32,000 bases of DNA, taken from an uncultured Cytophagia bacterium (GTDB taxonomy: Bacteria > Zhuqueibacterota > Zhuqueibacteria > Zhuqueibacterales > Zhuqueibacteraceae). Under the pieces are notes generated by a model that worked only from the letters and a program-made list of their open reading frames with translations, was not told where the DNA came from and did not search any database. The stretch lies in NCBI GenBank assembly GCA_964457925.1, contig CAYWGH010000020.1, positions 89,059 to 121,058 of the forward strand, given 5' to 3'. A program made the position numbers and the translations under genes. Within the stretch, counting starts at the first letter, position 1; each line of letters opens with the position of its first letter. This document shows, piece by piece, positions 1 through 6,134 of this stretch.

Positions 1-1107
1 AGATTGCGTGAGTGCATGATAACCGGGTTCACTAAAGCCGGTGGTATCGTTGCGATGCCAAACGATATTCTTGAAATAATCAACGTCTGTTGTGAGATTG
101 CCGTTATCTTCGATGATCGGATTGCCACTGTTTGTCAAGCTCCCAAAACGGCATAAGCCCAGTGCGAAGTCGATCCCCGAAGAGGAAAGAGCATTGACAA
201 AGTTGAAGACGTTGCTGGAAACAGCGTTGATCTCGTTGCCCATGCTGCCGCTATTGTCCATCACGAAAACAATATCCGCCAAGCGCACGCCGCCACCGGC
301 TTGCGGCGGGATGACGTTGAAGTAATCGCTTTGCAAAACGCCGTTTTCGAAGGCGGTAAAATTTGATTGCTCGAGGTTGGGTAATCCCTGCCCGTCAGCC
401 GAAACCGCGACGTTCATAAAAATGAACGGGAAATTCTGGCTGTTGAGGCTGGTCAGCGCCGCTTCCAATGGCGCGGCGATATCGTGCACGATTTGAATGC
501 CATCGAGGTACCAGCCTGAGAAAGTTCTACTTCCGTCTGAAGTCAGGTGAAAAGCAAGTTTTATGGAGAGGCCGGCATAATGGGTCAAATCTATCTGCCC
601 TAGCCGCCACGCGCTGCTGCCGTCACGCACGCTCAAGCTGTTCCAGGTTGCGCCGCCGTCGGTCGAGATTTTCACGAAACCATAATCGTAACCGCTTTCG
701 AACTCAAACCACTCCATAAAATACAAAGTAAGCGGAGAAACTACATTAGTGGCTGGTAGTGTGATGGCTGGACTAATCAACCAATCGTCGGCGTTATCAG
801 GATAATTGCCGGCCAGATTCGTGCCGGCGCAACGCGCTGAGTTATATCCGCTGCCCGGCCCACTGGCCGGCGCGCCGATCGCCCAGCTTCCGGTTTGCGT
901 CGTGCCCGGCGCCCCGCTTTCGAAAGTTTCCTCAAACACCAAAACCGCGGAGATTTCGCGCAGCTTAGTAGTGTGCTGCACGACCGGCGTTTCGAGCAAC
1001 ATGCCTTTGGGAAGCAAGGGAAGCTCCCGATCTTGCGCTGTGACTGCGGTTTGCAAGACGTTGAGCAATATACCGCAAAAAAGTGCTGCTGAAATTCTAA
1101 TCACCAT
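1..1107 (-). CDS. Secreted choice-of-anchor-J-like / von Willebrand factor A (VWA) domain protein, N-terminal part only (gene runs off the left edge)
   Basis: This gene is missing from the ORF track because it is open to the window edge. My translation of the minus strand from the ATG at 1107 gives MVIRISAALFCGILLNVLQTAVTAQ, which looks like a signal peptide. It continues ...DDWLISPAITLP...VKISTDGGATWNSL...GWYLDGIQI, a choice-of-anchor J / MAM-like signature. Next comes DIVFVMDNSGSM (nt 241-276), the DxSxS MIDAS motif of VWA domains. A GGAAGGA Shine-Dalgarno-like sequence lies 8 nt upstream of the ATG. Confidence 0.7.
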   Translation of the reverse strand, partial: MVIRISAALFCGILLNVLQTAVTAQDRELPLLPKGMLLETPVVQHTTKLREISAVLVFEETFESGAPGTTQTGSWAIGAPASGPGSGYNSARCAGTNLAGNYPDNADDWLISPAITLPATNVVSPLTLYFMEWFEFESGYDYGFVKISTDGGATWNSLSVRDGSSAWRLGQIDLTHYAGLSIKLAFHLTSDGSRTFSGWYLDGIQIVHDIAAPLEAALTSLNSQNFPFIFMNVAVSADGQGLPNLEQSNFTAFENGVLQSDYFNVIPPQAGGGVRLADIVFVMDNSGSMGNEINAVSSNVFNFVNALSSSGIDFALGLCRFGSLTNSGNPIIEDNGNLTTDVDYFKNIVWHRNDTTGFSEPGYHALTQS

Positions 1108-1174
1108 GAGTATCGTCCTTCCAGCCAACCTTGCTATCGATCATTGTTTTATGCTCTATGCGCAATGCCTGTAA

Positions 1175-2212
1175 TCAGTCTTGGTAACTTTCAACCCGCA
1201 CCGGTGAAACCTTCAGCACCAACTCGTCGCCGGTGGCGAGCATGGCCGCCAGGCTGGCATTGAGAATTTTGATCACCGCATGGCGCACGCGCGTTTCTGT
1301 GATTCTTGCCGGAAAGCCCTGCTTTTCAGAAGAAGTGTGATCGAACCTCGGATATACGATGACATCCATGCCGGTGTTCAACCCCTTGTTCTTTCCAAAA
1401 TTGATGATGCAAAGGCCGTTTTTTATATAAAGGATTTTCACACTCACAACGATCTCTTCCTCTGCTTCCTCAATTGCTGCGCGGTTCACACGTTGATTCC
1501 ATGTGCTCCAAATATCCCGGTCGGCGCTGCTGGTTTCGCCTGATTCTTGCATTTCAGCGCGGCTCACGCGTTCATCCCATTTACGCCAAATACTCTGTTC
1601 CGCATTTCTTGCTTCAGCGGCTTCCGCCATTTCATCCCGCCTGTGGCCGCCCAGTTTTAACGATATGCCCGCGGTGACATAGCCAATGCCATAGCCGGCC
1701 TCTGTAAACACGCCCAGTGCCGGAGTGAGATAATAACGTACGCCAATCTGGCCGCCGTACAACACGCCACTGAAATTTAAGGAAGCTGGCCTGCCCACAT
1801 TTCCGCCCCATTCGCTCACTGAAACGGCATTGTAGCCCAGCATAACGCCGGCGTAAGTATCCACCTTTTCGCTTTCCGGATTCATGTGATAGTTGAGTCG
1901 GCCGCCAAAAATAAAGTAGGTGGCTTTAAAGCCATAATCTGGAAGTGTCCACCAACCACCGGTGTTGCTGGAGCTAATAAAAGTCTCTTTCGATGAGGCA
2001 TATCCCACATATCCGCCAACCGACCACTCGGAGTTGCCGGCAACTTCCAAATTCAAGCTGACCGGCGGAGTTTCCACCTCGCCCTCGGTGCCGATGAGAC
2101 CGTAGCCAATGCCAGGCTGCAGCACCACTGAGCCTTTTTGAAAAGCGGATTGCGCCAGGGCCGAAACCGGCAACGTCAAGCAAATTGCCCAACAAACAAA
2201 AAATGTTTTCAT
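1175..2212 (-). CDS. Outer-membrane beta-barrel-like protein with Trp-rich tandem motif and a small C-terminal beta domain (function unknown)
   Basis: This is ORF 1175..2242. I prefer the ATG at 2212 (MKTFFVCWAICLTLPVSALAQ, a signal peptide) because a GGGAGA Shine-Dalgarno lies 7 nt upstream. The N-terminal ~165 aa are Gly/Tyr-rich with alternating hydrophobic strands (GYVGYASS, GVMLGYNAV, GQIGVRYYL, EAGYGIGYV), typical of small OM barrels. A tandem motif follows (SIWRKWDERVSRA / DIWSTWNQRVNRA), then an ~85-aa C-terminal domain. Confidence 0.7.
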   Translation of the reverse strand: MKTFFVCWAICLTLPVSALAQSAFQKGSVVLQPGIGYGLIGTEGEVETPPVSLNLEVAGNSEWSVGGYVGYASSKETFISSSNTGGWWTLPDYGFKATYFIFGGRLNYHMNPESEKVDTYAGVMLGYNAVSVSEWGGNVGRPASLNFSGVLYGGQIGVRYYLTPALGVFTEAGYGIGYVTAGISLKLGGHRRDEMAEAAEARNAEQSIWRKWDERVSRAEMQESGETSSADRDIWSTWNQRVNRAAIEEAEEEIVVSVKILYIKNGLCIINFGKNKGLNTGMDVIVYPRFDHTSSEKQGFPARITETRVRHAVIKILNASLAAMLATGDELVLKVSPVRVESYQD

Positions 2213-2329
2213 GGCAGGTCTCCCGCAAAATGTCTTGATCAATCGTGAAGAAGGATTGCAGCAACGATGATGTTCGGCAGGCCCCCCATTCCATTGCGGG
2301 CCCGGGAAATGAAAACTTCAATGGTATTG

Positions 2330-3559
2330 CTATTCTATAGCCACCATGACCAATTTGTCGCCAACTGCAAATGAAGCCGCCGTTTTCATCTTTAGAATTG
2401 CATAGCGGCTGTCGACTTCGACGACTTGCGCCGGTGTTCCCAGATTTTCAGATTTTACGCCCCGCTCATACCATGAAACATTGACTTCAGCGCCGCGCGT
2501 CAAAGAATGGCCTTTTGCCAATTCGACAATGAGGTAGTTTTTTTTCACGTCAACGACTTTTGCGGACATCGGTTTTTCTTCCCGTACGGAACGGGAACGG
2601 GCAAATTCATCATCCCACTCGCTTTCTTCGGCCAGAAGTCGTTCGGTTTTTCCGGAGGCCGGGCGCGGCGCAGTTTCCGTTGCCGTTCGTGTGATCTGAG
2701 CCCCCGCGTAAGAGTCACTGCCAAAATCAAATAGCCTCTCGGCTCTGGTTGCGCCGGCGTAAAAAAAACAATATTCACCAGGCTTCAACGGCGTGGTGAT
2801 CATAACTTTGTAAATGCCCGGTTTAATTTTTTCGAAATCGAAATCCTTGGTGTGCGCCGAGCTTGCGCCGTGAGCAGAACCCAGAATGTTCGATTCGGAT
2901 ATCGTCACTTCTCGGCTGTCGCGTTTTTCAGTCATCTTGACCAAAACGAATTCATTGGGGCTGACCGCGCCGTCGATGAAGCTGTGGGCATAGCTCAGTC
3001 CCGGATTTCTTTGCTCGAAATAGAAATAAAAAACCGGCTGCGCTTCGGTCACGCGCAAGCGCGCGCGGGGACGCGGTGCCACAGCTTTTATTTTGGTTTT
3101 GGCCAAGCCATAGGTCAGTTGCGATTCCAGCCAGCCGCCGGTTTTCCCTTGCGAATAGACGGTGGGTTCGAGCTGCACCAATTTGCCCTTGCCTTGCTTC
3201 GTCGTCCAATAATAAATGCCCGGTTCCTGGGGTGAGAGTGGATTCGTGAGATCACTTTCCTGCGTTTCTTCCGCTTCTTTGGCCGCCGCACTTTGCGCGT
3301 TTACCATGGCTTTGATGACCGCGTCGCTCACCCCGGCTTCTTTCAGCCGTTTGAGGCCGGGGAGGCTGGTATTGAAATCGTGACTGGAATGCTGGATTTT
3401 TTCGATGATCACATCTTCACCAAAGCCGAGGTTGGTCAACTCGATGATGGTGGCGTTGGTGAGCAGCTCATCTTGTGCTTGCAGGCGCGGCGTGAAAACG
3501 GCGCACATGAGCAATATTAGAGGAAGAAGCTGGGTCAATATCACTCGTGGTGTGGTCAT
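2330..3559 (-). CDS. Secreted hypothetical protein (409 aa) sharing a C-terminal module with the downstream gene
   Basis: The ATG at 3559 has a GGAG sequence 9 nt upstream. The N-terminus MTTPRVILTQLLPLILLMCAVFTPRLQAQ looks like a signal peptide. I recognise no catalytic motif. The C-terminal ~80 aa align by eye with the C-terminus of the 1175..2212 product. Confidence 0.75.
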   Translation of the reverse strand: MTTPRVILTQLLPLILLMCAVFTPRLQAQDELLTNATIIELTNLGFGEDVIIEKIQHSSHDFNTSLPGLKRLKEAGVSDAVIKAMVNAQSAAAKEAEETQESDLTNPLSPQEPGIYYWTTKQGKGKLVQLEPTVYSQGKTGGWLESQLTYGLAKTKIKAVAPRPRARLRVTEAQPVFYFYFEQRNPGLSYAHSFIDGAVSPNEFVLVKMTEKRDSREVTISESNILGSAHGASSAHTKDFDFEKIKPGIYKVMITTPLKPGEYCFFYAGATRAERLFDFGSDSYAGAQITRTATETAPRPASGKTERLLAEESEWDDEFARSRSVREEKPMSAKVVDVKKNYLIVELAKGHSLTRGAEVNVSWYERGVKSENLGTPAQVVEVDSRYAILKMKTAASFAVGDKLVMVAIE

Positions 3560-3645
3560 GGCTTTGCTCCAAAAACGCCCATTACAGGCGACAATGCTCT
3601 ATTTTTCCCATCAGTAGTGCTTTTCATCTTCTCCGCGACGATCTT

Positions 3646-4314
3646 TTATTGCAACGTATCAAAGGATGTTCTGCGCCGAATTGCCGCTGAATTGAAATCG
3701 GCGCGCTCGTCATCAAACGCGCCTTCTGCCGGTTGAGCAGAAGCGCGGCTCCCGCCCTCTTTCATCGGCTTACTTTTGTCCAAATTTCTGATCGCGCCAG
3801 AGACCAAATCGATGAAGGTTTTTGATTCTTCCACCTTTATGCAACGCAGCGGCAGGTTTATGGAATTCTGGCCGCCACAAGAGACCCGCAACACCTTGCC
3901 TCTACACAAAATCATAATGATGACTCCGACGGCAGCAACGAGAAGAGGGTAGAGGTACAAATCATCGTTATAACCGCGAGGCAAAAGAAGGTAGAAGGCA
4001 GACAATGAGCCTAGTGTAACGGCAAGGCCGAAAAGAAATCGTTTCCAGTTGAACCGGCCTCCGATTCCAACAAATTCCACTTTCGTAAATTCCAAACACT
4101 TCAATTCTGCCGAGGCCAGCTTGCGTGAGAATTGGAAAATGCGATGCGTTGTAATGACTACTCGCTCTTTATGCCGCAACAAGAAACCGATCAATCCCAA
4201 ATCCCAAAACTTCGCTTCGACGGACCCGAGCAGCCGCTCGTCGCCAAGTAATGCCGGAGATGGGACAAGTCCACCTTCGAACGAGATTTGCCGGGTTGCG
4301 CTTTTTGTTTCCAT
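3646..4314 (-). CDS. Membrane protein with possible PH/GRAM-like fold interrupted by a two-helix transmembrane hairpin (function unknown)
   Basis: This is ORF 3646..4389. The track start is a GTG that lies inside an 11-bp hairpin, so I prefer the ATG at 4314 (METKSATRQ...). Two hydrophobic helices are present (FLFGLAVTLGSLSAFYLLL and LYPLLVAAVGVIIMIL). They are flanked by beta-rich segments (ERVVITTHRIFQF, KVLRVSCGG). The fold assignment is a guess. Confidence 0.55.
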   Translation of the reverse strand: METKSATRQISFEGGLVPSPALLGDERLLGSVEAKFWDLGLIGFLLRHKERVVITTHRIFQFSRKLASAELKCLEFTKVEFVGIGGRFNWKRFLFGLAVTLGSLSAFYLLLPRGYNDDLYLYPLLVAAVGVIIMILCRGKVLRVSCGGQNSINLPLRCIKVEESKTFIDLVSGAIRNLDKSKPMKEGGSRASAQPAEGAFDDERADFNSAAIRRRTSFDTLQ

Positions 4315-4634
4315 GTTCGATCCTGCCCAAAACAGTTCATAAGTGGTAATGATTTGAACTCGTGATGTTTTCAAACCTCGAAACGCCACTTACCCTCGGG
4401 ACTTCAGTCGTGGCGTTTCGAGATGTGTTTATGGGTCACCCAACAACGCAAACCTGGCGAGGCGATCACAAAGATTCCCTGCGAAGTTGCTGGCGCAATT
4501 TAATTGAAAGCAACCGATGATTCAATCACACGAAGGTTGTATTTGGGATGGGGAGGGGAAAGCGGGGAGAGATGAATCGGGTTTTAAGCGCCTAAGGACG
4601 CGACCACGAACTAAACGAGGCGCGACGTCCACCC

Positions 4635-5261
4635 TCACTTCTGCAAATATTTCAACACCGCTTCGGTGCGGTTGTGCACATGCAGCTTTTCGTAAATTTT
4701 GTGTAAGTGGGTGCGCACGGTTTCAATGCTGATCCCAAGAGTTGTTGCGATTTCTTTATACAAAAATCCTTTAGCGAGATGGCCGAGAATCTCCTGCTCG
4801 CGCCTGGAAAGATGTTCCATCTCTTTCGCCGGCGTTCGCATGTGTTGAAAAATTTGTACGACTCTTCGCGCAATCTGGCTGGACATGGGCGAGCCGCCGT
4901 TGTGCAAATCTTGAATGGCTTCCAACAGTTTGGCGGGTTGTGTCTTTTTCAAAATATAACCGCTGGCGCCGGCCATCAGGGAATCAAAGATTTTGTCGTC
5001 GTCCTCATAAATCGTGAGCATCATGATCTGCAATTCGGGATAATCCAGCTTTAAACGCCGAATGCACTCAATGCCGGACATGCCGGGCAACTCGATGTCC
5101 ATCAAGACGACATCCGCCTCCTGAACCGCCAACTCCTCCAATGCGGCCTCGGCGCTGGCGCATTTGGCCACACAGCGAAAGCCTTCGGAGCCGTTGATGA
5201 GATAGGCCAGGCCGTTGCGAATGTCATCGATGTCTTCGACGATGGCGACGTTGATGGACAT
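4635..5261 (-). CDS. NarL/LuxR-family two-component response regulator (REC + LuxR-type HTH)
   Basis: The receiver domain is clear: VAIVEDIDD...VVLMDIELPGMSG...MMLTIYEDD...GASGYILK. The C-terminal segment LSRREQEILGHLAKGFLYKEIATTLGISIETVRTHLHKIYEKL is a LuxR/GerE-type HTH. Confidence 0.95.
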   Translation of the reverse strand: MSINVAIVEDIDDIRNGLAYLINGSEGFRCVAKCASAEAALEELAVQEADVVLMDIELPGMSGIECIRRLKLDYPELQIMMLTIYEDDDKIFDSLMAGASGYILKKTQPAKLLEAIQDLHNGGSPMSSQIARRVVQIFQHMRTPAKEMEHLSRREQEILGHLAKGFLYKEIATTLGISIETVRTHLHKIYEKLHVHNRTEAVLKYLQK

Positions 5262-5276
5262 ATGATTTTATGCGAT

Positions 5277-5422
5277 TAGTCCATTAAGAGTGAACTCGTT
5301 GCTTTAAAAGCAAAGGCTTTTCTGTAAGCGGATTTTACTGGAAGCGGATACCGCCCTTGCTTTATCCGTGTCCCAAGAAATCCGCTTACAGAAAGCTTTT
5401 TAGTTCCGGCTCGTCCAGCTTA
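5277..5422. repeat. Structured intergenic repeat, copy 1 (nested inverted repeats built from AAGCGGAT words)
   Basis: This copy aligns end to end with 9646-9791 in the same orientation, at about 85-90% identity by eye. The outer stem CTGTAAGCGGATTT / AAATCCGCTTACAG is perfect. The inner stem GGAAGCGGATA / TATCCGTGTCC has 2 mismatches. Confidence 0.85.
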
Positions 5423-5558
5423 GGAATTTGATAAATTAGACACAAATGGCTGCGCCGGGTTGTTCAAAAATAGAAAGATTGTGCTGTCAATCAATCACAC
5501 GAAAGTAGTAGGCCTACAACAACCTTCTCATACAAAACCAGTTACGAGCGGCATAATC

Positions 5559-5783
5559 TTAAAGTAATTTTTCAAATTCTTGCGGGGTGAGGCCTAAATC
5601 ATGGATGATGTCAGCGAGGGTTTTGGTTTTGATCGGCTTGCCTATGTGGATGGGGATGACGACCCGCGCATTGTCACTGTGACGCAGAAAGATCGCGTGG
5701 CTTCCCTTTTGGCGGTCCTTTTCGAAACCCAGCTTTCGCGCCACGCGGATCAGCTCCGATGAAGTTGCCGAACGCCACTTCAT
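5559..5783 (-). CDS. hicA: HicA-family mRNA interferase toxin (type II TA)
   Basis: The 74-aa product reads ...SSELIRVARKLGFEKDRQKGSHAIFLRH...VVIPIH.GKPIKTKTLADIIHDLGL, the YcfA/HicA pattern with the conserved GSH. Its ATG overlaps the hicB stop codon (ATGA at 5780-5783). Confidence 0.85.
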   Translation of the reverse strand: MKWRSATSSELIRVARKLGFEKDRQKGSHAIFLRHSDNARVVIPIHIGKPIKTKTLADIIHDLGLTPQEFEKLL

Positions 5784-6028
5784 GCTTCGATCTGCATGGG
5801 TTGTATCAACAATTCCTCCCGCGGCGGAGTCTGATGATGCGCGTGCAGGCTTTCAAGATAGAGGGCCATGGCCTCCCGGATGTTTTCGACGGCTTCTTCA
5901 TAGGTGTCGCCCTGGCTATGGCAGCCTTTGAGGGCCGGGCAAAAAGCATGATAGCCGCCCTCCGGCTCACGCTCAAAGACAACGGTATAGTGGTGAATGA
6001 CTTTTTTACGGCGGGTCGATCGAGGCAT
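5780..6028 (-). CDS. hicB: HicB-family antitoxin (short form, no obvious C-terminal DNA-binding domain)
   Basis: The preferred ATG at 6028 has a GGAG sequence 7 nt upstream. The sequence HHYTVVFEREPEGGYHAFCPALKGCHSQGDTYEEAVENIREAMALYLESL matches the HicB/UPF0150 RNase-H-like fold signature. Confidence 0.85.
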   Translation of the reverse strand: MPRSTRRKKVIHHYTVVFEREPEGGYHAFCPALKGCHSQGDTYEEAVENIREAMALYLESLHAHHQTPPREELLIQPMQIEA

Positions 6029-6134
6029 TTTCAACTCCAGTATCGTGTTGGATTCGCGCAAAGATAGCAGGATTAGCGCCAAAAAGCAAGCCGCCTCAAT
6101 TGTCTCGAAAAGAATAGTTTGATGAAGTCGAGCT

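Noticed and set aside
92-1174. Plus-strand ORFs 92..325, 468..719, 806..1174 and 895..1092 from the track.
   Set aside because: All of them overlap a much better minus-strand reading frame that is open to the window edge. That frame has a signal peptide, a choice-of-anchor-J-like domain, a VWA MIDAS motif and a Shine-Dalgarno. The plus-strand products are Arg/Cys/Ser-rich with no recognisable features.
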